Of a DNA stretch of 64,000 nt, positions 28,139-36,798 are shown piece after piece. The position numbers were made by a program, and so were the translations under genes. The notes below the pieces were generated by a model. That model worked only from the letters and a program-made list of their open reading frames with translations. It had not been told where the DNA came from and did not search any database. The stretch is taken from the sequence record NC_049462.1, one strand, 5' to 3'. The DNA comes from Klebsiella phage Magnus. How positions within the stretch are numbered: the stretch's first letter is position 1; each line of letters begins with the position of its first letter.

Positions 28139-28474
28139 ATGAGTATTCAATTAACCATTTCTTCCCTGATTCCAGCGTTCGGTAGCAATCTGGAACAAAT
28201 CAATTTCATCCGTAAACGTCTGGAAGATGTGGCGTTCCAATTGGGGTATGTGGAACCTCCTCGGGAAGTAAAAGAAGCGGAGGATGTCGCATCGCCTTCC
28301 AACCTCATCGATGCGTATGATGAAATCGGACGTAAAACGAATGTTGCTATACAGCAAATCTTTGAATATCTGGGGTTCATAGAAAATGCGCTGGGGAATT
28401 CTTACCATCCCCAATCTGATTCGGCCAAGGAATTTGCTCCAACATCCATTGCTGGATCATCTAATGGTATTTAA
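28139..28474 (+). CDS. hypothetical protein (111 aa)
   Basis: ORF with SD 'gaggaa'. Confidence 0.45.
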   Translation: MSIQLTISSLIPAFGSNLEQINFIRKRLEDVAFQLGYVEPPREVKEAEDVASPSNLIDAYDEIGRKTNVAIQQIFEYLGFIENALGNSYHPQSDSAKEFAPTSIAGSSNGI

Positions 28475-28478
28475 AAGA

Positions 28479-28505
28479 AAGGGCGCTCTTGCGCCCTTTT
28501 ATTTG
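28479..28505 (+). terminator. terminator aagggcgc-tctt-gcgccctt + ttatttg
   Basis: Perfect 8-bp stem plus U-run. Confidence 0.65.
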
Positions 28506-28513
28506 GGGGGGAT

Positions 28514-28762
28514 ATGTACTCAAATATCTCAAACTCTGAAGCCCTGTCTTTGGCTAAACGATACCATTGCTTCAGGTCCCGCGCCGGGCATTCCTGGGAT
28601 AAAAAGGCTTGGATCAAGCAATTACAGTTACAAATAGAGATGATGGAATCTCTTTCCTCTCAGTGCGGAAATAACCCATTCGCCGCCCGTTGCCTTGAAC
28701 AGGAGTATGCAACTCTTAAAATGCAACTGAACACTGCGATGTCACACGTATTGCATTCTTAA
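28514..28762 (+). CDS. hypothetical protein (82 aa)
   Basis: ORF with SD 'gggggga'. Confidence 0.4.
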   Translation: MYSNISNSEALSLAKRYHCFRSRAGHSWDKKAWIKQLQLQIEMMESLSSQCGNNPFAARCLEQEYATLKMQLNTAMSHVLHS

Positions 28763-28820
28763 CTTTTCAATAACCAGATTTCAATTATTATTGCCCCACA
28801 AACCTAACGAGGAACAACTG

Positions 28821-29027
28821 ATGGCCCGTGAAGACAACTCTCAAATTTCTACCAACGCCAACTCAACCTTCAATGAGTGGCACAACACCCTTGAGCGCGT
28901 AGCGCGTTCTCAAGGCGGTTCAGCTGCTGACGCCGATGCCTGGCGTGAAGATTATGACAACGGCAAAACGCCGCGCCAGGCATGGGAAGACGAATGGGGA
29001 TGGGAAGATGCAGACACTAATTCGTAA
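28821..29027 (+). CDS. small acidic Trp-rich protein (68 aa)
   Basis: Internal Met 'MARED' preceded by 'acgaggaa'. Confidence 0.4.
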   Translation: MAREDNSQISTNANSTFNEWHNTLERVARSQGGSAADADAWREDYDNGKTPRQAWEDEWGWEDADTNS

Positions 29028-29049
29028 AATCTTTCTGGATAAAAAGGGA

Positions 29050-29238
29050 ATGGAATCAAAGGTCGAAATCATCACGACTCAAAAATTGTTTGAGAAAGGT
29101 GAAACTCGATACTATCTTAATGTGTTCCTTTACCTTCCAGAATGCAGCCTGAACCGCGATATTACCCAACCGGATGGAACTGTGGTCCGTTGGGAAATAG
29201 CCAAACAGGAAGATGTTGAAAGAGACATAACACTTTGA
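29050..29238 (+). CDS. hypothetical protein (62 aa)
   Basis: ATG with SD 'aaaaaggga'. Confidence 0.35.
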   Translation: MESKVEIITTQKLFEKGETRYYLNVFLYLPECSLNRDITQPDGTVVRWEIAKQEDVERDITL

Positions 29239-29253
29239 AGCGAGATCTATATC

Positions 29254-29691
29254 ATGACAAATAAATTCATTTTTCTGGACGTTCGCGGTAAACGATTCTT
29301 CAAAACTGATCTGGACGAAAAGACAGAAGGGTTCCAGGGGCGATTGTCATATTTGTTGCCGACAGGCGATATCGACACCCAAAGATATGTGGCGGATGTA
29401 CGGGATCTCCTGGATTGTGGTTGGGTTGAAATTCCTAACCCCCAGGTGTTGACCGTCAATCTGTATTACATGAAGGAAAGTGGGAAGTATTATTCCAATG
29501 GAGAACTCCACCTCCTTCGTTCTGAAGTCACTGCCGATCCAGCCAAGAGTTGGTACAATGCTAGAGAAACCGTCCGGAAGATGGTTGATGAAGGCAATTT
29601 GCCTGGCCTGGTATCTGGTTCTCGTTACGATGTGTTCATGTCCTGTGAAGAGCACCCTTGTTATGTGCCCACTTTGGTGAAGGTGAAATGA
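29254..29691 (+). CDS. hypothetical protein (145 aa)
   Basis: ORF. Confidence 0.5.
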   Translation: MTNKFIFLDVRGKRFFKTDLDEKTEGFQGRLSYLLPTGDIDTQRYVADVRDLLDCGWVEIPNPQVLTVNLYYMKESGKYYSNGELHLLRSEVTADPAKSWYNARETVRKMVDEGNLPGLVSGSRYDVFMSCEEHPCYVPTLVKVK

Positions 29692-30131
29692 TGAAAACTC
29701 TTGAACAAATTTTAGAAGGTCATAAATCAGGAACTTTGTCAGCGGCTTTAGACGGTCGCGATTTGTCCCGTCTGGCACAGTTCCTGACAGTTGAGCAAAT
29801 TGAAAGCCTGGGACTGTCTTTTAAATCTCCTGAAAAACGTGAATCCCATGTCCCGGTTGAATTCACCAAAGAAAATATCCTGAAACAACTGGAAAAGGAC
29901 GTCGCCTTTGGGTTTGAAAAGGCTCTGAATCGTCGTGGGATTAGTTCTAGCCTTATGTACGAAGTCGTACAAATGTGGAACTGTATCCTTGAAGAAGGTC
30001 TCGAAGATTTTGATTCGTATGCGATGTACGGCCTTCCTCTGTTTAAAGCAACTGCTGTCAAATACGGGTTTGACAACCCAATCGGTGATGACACAGGTGC
30101 TGAAGATTATTATGAAGAGCAGGGCTATTAA
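29688..30131 (+). CDS. hypothetical protein (147 aa)
   Basis: ATGA start/stop overlap with the upstream gene. Confidence 0.5.
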   Translation: MMKTLEQILEGHKSGTLSAALDGRDLSRLAQFLTVEQIESLGLSFKSPEKRESHVPVEFTKENILKQLEKDVAFGFEKALNRRGISSSLMYEVVQMWNCILEEGLEDFDSYAMYGLPLFKATAVKYGFDNPIGDDTGAEDYYEEQGY

Positions 30132-30132
30132 T

Positions 30133-30369
30133 ATGCGTATCAAAAAGATCGGATCCAGCCCGCTGACTGGTACTATCTTCTACGGCACCCTGGAGACCAA
30201 AACCAGCATGTGGGTAGGGGAAAAGGTTGATGTGACCAATGATTGTGTTGCGGCTACGGCTGAGCACATGCGTTGTGTTGGGAAGGATTATTGTTTCCCG
30301 ACTTTGGACGGTAAATTCTTGGTATTGTCAGCTGAAATTCACGATACCCTTCCGGACCGCTTCAAATAG
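30133..30369 (+). CDS. hypothetical protein (78 aa)
   Basis: ORF abutting the upstream stop codon. Confidence 0.4.
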   Translation: MRIKKIGSSPLTGTIFYGTLETKTSMWVGEKVDVTNDCVAATAEHMRCVGKDYCFPTLDGKFLVLSAEIHDTLPDRFK

Positions 30370-30395
30370 ATTTAAAAATAATTCAATAAACGGGG

Positions 30396-30423
30396 TTTAC
30401 TTCTTCAATAAACCCCGTATACT
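30396..30423 (+). promoter_or_regulatory. sigma70-type early promoter (-35 TTTACT, 16-bp spacer, -10 TATACT) embedded in the stem-loop acggggttt/aaaccccgt
   Basis: About 85% identical over roughly 75 nt to the 27621..27704 promoter-leader. The 9-bp inverted repeat brackets the -35 region. Confidence 0.55.
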
Positions 30424-30472
30424 TCATTTCATAAGCAGTACGACACCAACTCTGAAATGAAGGAACTACATT

Positions 30473-30724
30473 ATGGCACGTACAATCCACGATTTTAAAG
30501 ACTCCGATATCCTGACCTACGGTATGAACGGTCGCCTGGTAGTTCTGAACGACGGTGGTAGCGAAGAACGTTATAACACCACTCTGGTTTTCGAAAACAA
30601 AGTGATTTACTCCAACACCCGCGAAGGCATGAAACGTGCCCTGACCAACCCGAATTCTGGCCTGACCCGTTTGCTGCCTAAACAGTGCCATGCAGTTGCC
30701 CGCGCCCTGGCTGGCCGCTTCTAA
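30473..30724 (+). CDS. hypothetical protein (83 aa)
   Basis: Preceded by the leader box 'TGAAATGAAGGAACTACA'. Confidence 0.5.
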   Translation: MARTIHDFKDSDILTYGMNGRLVVLNDGGSEERYNTTLVFENKVIYSNTREGMKRALTNPNSGLTRLLPKQCHAVARALAGRF

Positions 30725-30734
30725 CCTAAATCTG

Positions 30735-30757
30735 AAGCCCCTCCGGGGGCTTACTTT
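30735..30757 (+). terminator. hairpin aagcccc-tccg-ggggctt
   Basis: Perfect 7-bp stem, followed by 'actttgaaacg'. Confidence 0.45.
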
Positions 30758-30776
30758 GAAACGAAGGAACTATATC

Positions 30777-31076
30777 ATGAACAATACACCAACTACTAAA
30801 ACCCCTCTGGCCATCGATCCTCGGTTTATCATTGAAGCAAAAGCGAACCAAATGGGTGCCTATGTGTACTCCCTGTATATCGGTGAAACATACGTTCTCT
30901 GTTTGGGTATAGACGGCGAGAAGAATGAGCGCGGTGTCCGTGAGCGTTATATCCCCAAAAACGCAGATGAAGATGCGACCAGATTTGCCAAGCACATCCT
31001 AGACCGCATTGCAGCGGGAAAGCCGTATAAAAACGGGGAAAGGGGATGGGCGACGGATCTGCTGAATAAAGCGTAA
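30777..31076 (+). CDS. hypothetical protein (99 aa)
   Basis: Preceded by the leader box 'TGAAACGAAGGAACTATA'. Confidence 0.5.
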   Translation: MNNTPTTKTPLAIDPRFIIEAKANQMGAYVYSLYIGETYVLCLGIDGEKNERGVRERYIPKNADEDATRFAKHILDRIAAGKPYKNGERGWATDLLNKA

Positions 31077-31142
31077 GTATTCAATGTATTCTATCAGGGT
31101 ATGATTCGTTTTATACCATCAACAAATAGTTGAGGCTTCACC

Positions 31143-31424
31143 ATGGCGAACAAAACTATAGCGACTTCTCTACCACCTTTAGATTTTAGTTTAGACCAAT
31201 CCCATAAACATCGTCTGTCTATCCATTATCGTATAGCGGCGGCGGTATCAGATGGCAGGGAGACAATTGAGTTTTACCGACCTGCCACTTCGGCCAAAGC
31301 TCATCGTGATACTTATGTTATTTTGCGTGAATTACGTGAACTTGGGGTTGATATTGAACCCATGCCGTGTAGCAATCCTTTGCTTAATCTCTTCGTTTTG
31401 AGCAACTTCGAGAATTGGAAATGA
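31143..31424 (+). CDS. hypothetical protein (93 aa)
   Basis: ORF with SD 'gagg'. Confidence 0.45.
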   Translation: MANKTIATSLPPLDFSLDQSHKHRLSIHYRIAAAVSDGRETIEFYRPATSAKAHRDTYVILRELRELGVDIEPMPCSNPLLNLFVLSNFENWK

Positions 31425-31864
31425 AGACCATTATTCTCATAACTGGTTCGCGTTCTATTACAGAACGTGACAAAATCTTTGAAAAGTTAGACGAACTTTC
31501 TCATACAGATTCCGTTTGTAATCTGTATCTTCCGTGCGAGACCCTATTGATCGCTGGGGAGGCTGTCGGTGTCGATACGATCTGCAAAGATTGGGCTGAA
31601 TCCAGAGGGGTGACTTATCTTGGGATGCCTATCCCCGATGAATACTTCGCTACATATGGGAAAGGGGCTGGAAACAAACGCAACCAGGACATGTTAGACA
31701 AGGCGTTGGAGTTATCACAGAAATACAAGGCGGAGATACTGCCTCTGGCTTTCTGGGACGGTTCATCGACTGGTACGCAGGATATGATCAAACGAATCAA
31801 CAAAGCAGGGTTGCATTGTAAGGTCATGCTCTTGGGTAAGCCAAAAACCAAACGCCTTCTGTAA
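31421..31864 (+). CDS. SLOG-superfamily Rossmann-like nucleotide-binding protein (DprA/YpsA/LOG-like, DUF2493-type)
   Basis: 'IILITGSRS...LLIAGEAVGVDTI...AFWDGSSTGT' fits the GSR...GxxxGxD SLOG motif pattern. Confidence 0.45.
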   Translation: MKTIILITGSRSITERDKIFEKLDELSHTDSVCNLYLPCETLLIAGEAVGVDTICKDWAESRGVTYLGMPIPDEYFATYGKGAGNKRNQDMLDKALELSQKYKAEILPLAFWDGSSTGTQDMIKRINKAGLHCKVMLLGKPKTKRLL

Positions 31865-31887
31865 TTTGTTAACACTGGAGACGTCCC

Positions 31888-32055
31888 ATGATCATTTTTC
31901 AACTGTTTTGCTATTTGTTCACTCTGTACTTTCTGGTTGCTGTCGGTTATGAAACCTTCCGTGATCTGGAATCGAGCCAGTATTCATCCAAACTGGTTTA
32001 TGCTAAGAAATTTGCTGTCCGTTTCTGGAGCAATTTTCTGTATCGCCTCCCCTGA
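31888..32055 (+). CDS. small hydrophobic membrane protein (55 aa, one TM)
   Basis: SD 'ggag'. TM 'IIFQLFCYLFTLYFLVAVGY'. Not in the ORF track (under 60 aa). Confidence 0.35.
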   Translation: MIIFQLFCYLFTLYFLVAVGYETFRDLESSQYSSKLVYAKKFAVRFWSNFLYRLP

Positions 32056-32058
32056 TTT

Positions 32059-32086
32059 AAATACCCCCATCAATTGGGGGTATTTT
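32059..32086 (+). terminator. terminator atacccccat-caat-tgggggtat + tttctt
   Basis: Perfect 9-bp stem plus U-run. Confidence 0.6.
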
Positions 32087-32089
32087 CTT

Positions 32090-32818
32090 ATGAACGCACA
32101 AATTTATGACGCCCTTGAACAAGGCAATGCATTTAACAATCCTCTCCCGGGATTCTCTGCTACTTCTCAGACGTTAATCACCAGTGGCCAACAAAGTATA
32201 GCAGGCATTACAAGCATCCCGGATACGTCCGTTCAGGCGGCGATAACCGCTGGTGGTTTGACTCCTGCTAAACTGAATACCATGAACACCATGTACGGGA
32301 CTGCCAATACTGGGATCGGGACTCTGAATTCTTATGGTGACCAGACCGTTAATGAGGCATACAATAGGATCGGAACTTCAGTATCCTATAAATCCGGCCT
32401 CAAAAGTATTGAACGAGAACCCACCAACTGCGATTTGATTAACAACGCATTCGGTGTCGTACAGACACTCGGTCGTCAATGGTTGACTGCAATGGAGGAT
32501 GCCTTATCTCCAATAACAGACAAAGTCCAAGAACTGTATGATCTCGCCAAACAAGGCGCGGCGGCGGGGTTGGCCAAAATACAGGCATTAGCCTCGCAGG
32601 TCAACGGATTAATCAATGATGCTGTAGCAAAGGTGAATGGTGTTATTCAGAACATCACTGATGGGATAGCTGCTGAGTTAGCCCATATCGAAGACATGGT
32701 GAAGAAGTGTCTTAATTTCTCCTTTGCTAATGTTCTTGGTGAATGGGCAAAAGATCTTTGCGCTGGCGGTGTCATCAACAATATCGGTTCTAATGATCTG
32801 AAAAATGCCCTGAAATGA
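32090..32818 (+). CDS. hypothetical protein (242 aa, Ala/Gly/Asn/Thr-rich, helical C-terminus)
   Basis: Internal Met 'MNAQIYD' immediately after the terminator. Confidence 0.5.
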   Translation: MNAQIYDALEQGNAFNNPLPGFSATSQTLITSGQQSIAGITSIPDTSVQAAITAGGLTPAKLNTMNTMYGTANTGIGTLNSYGDQTVNEAYNRIGTSVSYKSGLKSIEREPTNCDLINNAFGVVQTLGRQWLTAMEDALSPITDKVQELYDLAKQGAAAGLAKIQALASQVNGLINDAVAKVNGVIQNITDGIAAELAHIEDMVKKCLNFSFANVLGEWAKDLCAGGVINNIGSNDLKNALK

Positions 32819-33466
32819 TCAGGGCACAGTCCTTGCTGGCAGAACTCCCACTGGCTCAATACCTTCCACCAGAAGGGAGTTCACGCCTACATCGCTCAAC
32901 CTAATCCATATCTTCCCACCAGGCTTAATTTCAAAAACGTTCATTTCATTCCCAACCGCTTCATTATTCACAAATACACCTTGTGTTGCTATCCTTACAG
33001 GTTTCTTCGTGTTGTTTGTGATTTGAAATGTAACAGTTATATCCGTGGTCAGATTAACTCCCTGTCTCATGGTGTAACGTTTTATTTTGTCGTAGAAAGA
33101 TGGGTTGAATGTGATGATGATGCTGTTGTTCTGGGAGTAATAAATACTTGCTGACAAGTAAGGAATTTTGCCTTCTTCCCCTTTGCGTAAAAGAGGGATG
33201 GTGGTTTTCCAGTATGGTCGCAAAGTGTCTTTATTATCAAAACAACCGACAGGCTGGAGATTTTGGAAACTTTGAAACAAAATAGTGGCCTCATCCAGCA
33301 TGGATTTTTCACATTTGTTACTGTCTGTTGAAATGGTTACTGGTACAACACGGACATCAGTATCCCAGAGGTCACTAACGGAAATGATGGGCGTGACGAA
33401 AATACGGCAACTTGTCAATACAAGTACCATAAAAATCACCACAATCCATCTTCTGATTCCGCGCAT
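32819..33466 (-). CDS. reverse-strand lipoprotein (signal peptide + lipobox L-T-S-C)
   Basis: 'MRGIRRWIVVIFMVLVLTS|C' with a lipobox-like LTSC. This is the only sizeable minus-strand gene in this block. The start could instead be the upstream TTG at 33505. Confidence 0.5.
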   Translation of the reverse strand: MRGIRRWIVVIFMVLVLTSCRIFVTPIISVSDLWDTDVRVVPVTISTDSNKCEKSMLDEATILFQSFQNLQPVGCFDNKDTLRPYWKTTIPLLRKGEEGKIPYLSASIYYSQNNSIIITFNPSFYDKIKRYTMRQGVNLTTDITVTFQITNNTKKPVRIATQGVFVNNEAVGNEMNVFEIKPGGKIWIRLSDVGVNSLLVEGIEPVGVLPARTVP

Positions 33467-33504
33467 CAGGGACACAATTATTCTCCACGGTAAAGGTGCT
33501 AACA

Positions 33505-34005
33505 ATGTCTACTTCAGTCCAATTTAAACATGACAACCCAAATTATGCAGCATCCGATAAGTGGCGCTTAACTATCGGTGACCTGATATTGTTATCCCGC
33601 TCTGTACACGATTTTAGCATACCAGGCGTGTATTCCGAGGGCATCGATGGGCCTTCGCCCGGTTCAGTGCTCAACACGATCCCTTCTGAACGTTTAACAT
33701 ATGATCCCATCGTATTTACGTTCGTTATCGATGAGGATTGGGTAAACTGGGAAACCATCTACAACTGGATAGCCAGTAACGCCGCCGCTGATATGGCTGT
33801 TAGCAAAGATATCACCATAGAATTACTCAACAACATGAACCGCCCGGTTGGCCTGCAACTTCTGTTGGAAGAAGCACGTCCAACTGCACTGGACAACGTT
33901 CTTGTTGATGTAGACGCTTCTGTTCCCCAATTAGTTACAACGGTGACTTTCAAGTATCTGAAACTGACACCGACCCGTGTTGTCCGCGAAATTGATAAAG
34001 AATGA
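33505..34005 (+). CDS. hypothetical protein (166 aa)
   Basis: ORF, ATG at 33505. Confidence 0.5.
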   Translation: MSTSVQFKHDNPNYAASDKWRLTIGDLILLSRSVHDFSIPGVYSEGIDGPSPGSVLNTIPSERLTYDPIVFTFVIDEDWVNWETIYNWIASNAAADMAVSKDITIELLNNMNRPVGLQLLLEEARPTALDNVLVDVDASVPQLVTTVTFKYLKLTPTRVVREIDKE

Positions 34006-34042
34006 GTTATAATAGAGAGAGTTGAAAAGGTGGGAATATTTT

Positions 34043-34507
34043 ATGGAAGTTAACAACACTCAATATCAAACGATGTCTATAGAGGACATCATGGCTGAAC
34101 TGGATCCACTGATTACGGTTGATCCGGCTGATCGTAATTTAGATCAGATTTCGTTGAAGATCGGGCGTTCCTTTATGACAGTGCAGCGGCATTACATTCG
34201 TGAAGGGCGTTATCTGGAATACCTGACTGGGCGGTTTAAACAGATTGATGTTTATCTGCGCAGGTATTATGCCGGGGAATTACCTGCGCAATCGTATCGC
34301 GAACGCCCTCTCAACAACAAACCACTGAAAACTGATCTGCCTCTATGGGTTCAGGCCGACGATATGTATATCGAGATGTCCGGGCTTCTACAAGAACAGA
34401 AAGCGAAGGTGAAATTCATCGAAAGTTGTTTGGATCGTTTGAACAAGCTGGGTTATGAAGTGAAGAATGCCATAGATTGGAGAAAATACATGGATGGCGG
34501 TTACTAA
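34043..34507 (+). CDS. possible UvsY-like recombination mediator (154 aa)
   Basis: Weak similarity to T4 UvsY ('LDRLNKLGYEVKNAIDWR' vs 'LDAIKSRGFAIKHIQDMR'). It lies upstream of uvsW as in T4. Confidence 0.35.
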   Translation: MEVNNTQYQTMSIEDIMAELDPLITVDPADRNLDQISLKIGRSFMTVQRHYIREGRYLEYLTGRFKQIDVYLRRYYAGELPAQSYRERPLNNKPLKTDLPLWVQADDMYIEMSGLLQEQKAKVKFIESCLDRLNKLGYEVKNAIDWRKYMDGGY

Positions 34508-35253
34508 TGAGCCAACTCCAGGTACTCAAGAAGATCAACAATATTGAGGAACGTCAATATACATTTCAGCAGTACGAATTACCGTACAAGGAGCTGACTT
34601 GTGTAACGAACGAGAATGGACGCCATTACGTTTCCCCAACAGGGGTGAAGTTAACCTCTGTAACAACAATGTTGGGGCGTACCAGTGACCATACATGGTT
34701 GGATGCCTGGGTCGAAAGGCTTGGAGTTGAACAAGCAGCAATTGAAGCACAAAGATGCGCTGATAGGGGAGAGGCAGTGCATCTTGCTTGTGAATTATAT
34801 CTGAAGAATGCGCCGATGAAAGATGTTGTGGCCGCCGCCGGACAATATCTGTTCATGTTCATGCAATTGTTTCCCTATCTGAATCGCATGACAAAGATAT
34901 ATGCCCAGGAAATACCTCTATATAGCGAAGTATTGGGCTTGGCCGGGCGTGTGGATTTAATCGGGGTGTACAACGGAACCCCAGCAATTATCGACTTCAA
35001 GACTTCCAATACTCTGAAAACCAGGGACATGATAGAGGATTACAGCATACAATTGTGTCTGTATTCAGTTATGTTTCAACAGATGTTTAATGTCAAAATC
35101 GAGCGTCTCATCAACATTATATCCAATGAGAATGGTTTACTGCCGACAGTAATAGAATTCCACAGAAAAGATATTCTCCCAAAAATGTTCGAGCGTGTCC
35201 GTTTATATCACCGTATGGACAAGGAACAGAATGGAATCTGGGCAGACCGCTAA
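34507..35253 (+). CDS. PD-(D/E)XK-family nuclease (RecB/YqaJ-like)
   Basis: 'GRVDLIGVYNGTPAIIDFKTS' fits D...(D/E)xK, and 'QLCLYSVMF' follows. Confidence 0.5.
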   Translation: MSQLQVLKKINNIEERQYTFQQYELPYKELTCVTNENGRHYVSPTGVKLTSVTTMLGRTSDHTWLDAWVERLGVEQAAIEAQRCADRGEAVHLACELYLKNAPMKDVVAAAGQYLFMFMQLFPYLNRMTKIYAQEIPLYSEVLGLAGRVDLIGVYNGTPAIIDFKTSNTLKTRDMIEDYSIQLCLYSVMFQQMFNVKIERLINIISNENGLLPTVIEFHRKDILPKMFERVRLYHRMDKEQNGIWADR

Positions 35254-35280
35254 ATACTCCATATAATTGGGAGGATTGGT

Positions 35281-36798
35281 ATGGCCGACATTTCTGTGAC
35301 CAAAGTGAACGAAGTCCGTATGCGTGTGCATGCTGAAGCAGGGATCTATGAAGAACTAAATGATTACTTCAAATTTGAAGATCCCAACTTTCTGCCTAAT
35401 CCTTTCAGCAAATGGGATGGCGTCGTCCGCCTATTTACCAAATCTTCCGGCCTGATTGACATCGGTCTTCTGTTTGAACTCTTCAAATTTTGTAAGACCA
35501 ACGGTTATTCACTTGACGTGGATCCTGCATTGAAATATATCCAGGACATCCCTGACAATGAAATCCATGATTTCTGTAATAATTTGAAAACACAAATTCG
35601 CACAGAATCTGGGGAATACATTGATGCTGAAGTTCGGCAGTATCAATTCGATTCCATCGCCACTGCCATGAGGCAATCTCGCTGCGTCCTCGAGCTGGCT
35701 ACAAGTGCCGGTAAATCCTTTATTCTTTATGTGATGGCCCGTTACTACAGGGAAAGGCGAGAAGCGCTCGAAAGTAATCTGAGGACGCTTATCGTTGTTC
35801 CTTCCGTACACCTTGTAAGACAATTGTACGAGAACTTCGAAGAATATAGCCATGGACAATCCTGGAACCCGTTCTACCAGGTACAAACCATATGCGAAGG
35901 TGCAACCCGCAATATTGATAAACCCATCACAATTTCCACATGGCAAGGCATACAAGACCAGCCAAAGGATTGGTTTCATCAGTTTGGCGATATCATTGTT
36001 GATGAAGTGCATACTTCAAAGTCAGATAAACTTTCTTATATCCTCAACAACTGCATAAATGCTGACCAACGCCTCGGGGTTACTGGTACTTTGGCGAACA
36101 CTAAAGTTGCTGGTCTGCAGGTGGTATCCCACTTTGGTGCCTATCACAAGATCATCACGGCTCGAGAACTGATAAGTATGGGATATGCGGCTGATATTAA
36201 AATCCGGATGATAGAATTGAAACACAGATTGGCCGACGCTATTGATATGCATGGTGCCGATTATCAGAAAGAAATGGAATATTTGATATCGAACGAAGTT
36301 AGAAACCGGCTTATCGCCAAGATGGCTTTAACATTAAAGGGTAACGTCGCCATCATGTTCGAACGTATTGATGCCCACATGATGATCGTGTATGACATCC
36401 TCAAAGAAATAAAGCCAAACGTATTTGTCATCAACGGGGAGGTCAAATCAGCAGACCGCATGCAAATACAAAGGGCGATAGAAGAAGGTGAGGATATTAC
36501 TCTGTTGGCATCTTATGGAACGATGCAACAAGGGGTTTCTATAAAGAAACTTCATCATCTGGTATTGGCACACCCAAGCAAATCATATATCCGCGTCATC
36601 CAGACTCTTGGACGATTGATGCGTCAGCACTCAACAAAAGACGTGGCACTCATATGGGATTTGGTAGACAATTTGAGTTATAATGGGAGTTACAATCATG
36701 CGTTGCGTCACTCTCACGAGCGATACAAATTCTATTTGACAGAGCGCCACCCTGTAGAATTGAAAAGAGTGGCGCTGGAAGATTATTTGGGGTCTTGA
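35281..36798 (+). CDS. uvsW: UvsW SF2 DNA helicase
   Basis: 'LELATSAGKSFI' vs T4 'LNLPTSAGKSLI'. 'IIVDEVH' is the DEAH box. The C-terminal 'KLHHLVLAHPSKSYIRVIQTLGRLMRQH' matches T4 'NLHHVVLAHGVKSKIIVLQTIGRVLRKH'. Confidence 0.8.
   Translation: MADISVTKVNEVRMRVHAEAGIYEELNDYFKFEDPNFLPNPFSKWDGVVRLFTKSSGLIDIGLLFELFKFCKTNGYSLDVDPALKYIQDIPDNEIHDFCNNLKTQIRTESGEYIDAEVRQYQFDSIATAMRQSRCVLELATSAGKSFILYVMARYYRERREALESNLRTLIVVPSVHLVRQLYENFEEYSHGQSWNPFYQVQTICEGATRNIDKPITISTWQGIQDQPKDWFHQFGDIIVDEVHTSKSDKLSYILNNCINADQRLGVTGTLANTKVAGLQVVSHFGAYHKIITARELISMGYAADIKIRMIELKHRLADAIDMHGADYQKEMEYLISNEVRNRLIAKMALTLKGNVAIMFERIDAHMMIVYDILKEIKPNVFVINGEVKSADRMQIQRAIEEGEDITLLASYGTMQQGVSIKKLHHLVLAHPSKSYIRVIQTLGRLMRQHSTKDVALIWDLVDNLSYNGSYNHALRHSHERYKFYLTERHPVELKRVALEDYLGS

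Noticed and set aside
29935-30369. 144-aa ORF from the track
   Set aside because: Its 5' two-thirds overlap the 29688..30131 gene out of frame. Only the part from the internal ATG at 30133 is likely coding.
31937-32089. N-terminal 51 aa of the track ORF 31937..32818
   Set aside because: This part overlaps the separate small membrane-protein ORF and a strong terminator hairpin at 32059..32086. The true start is the Met at 32090, just after the terminator.
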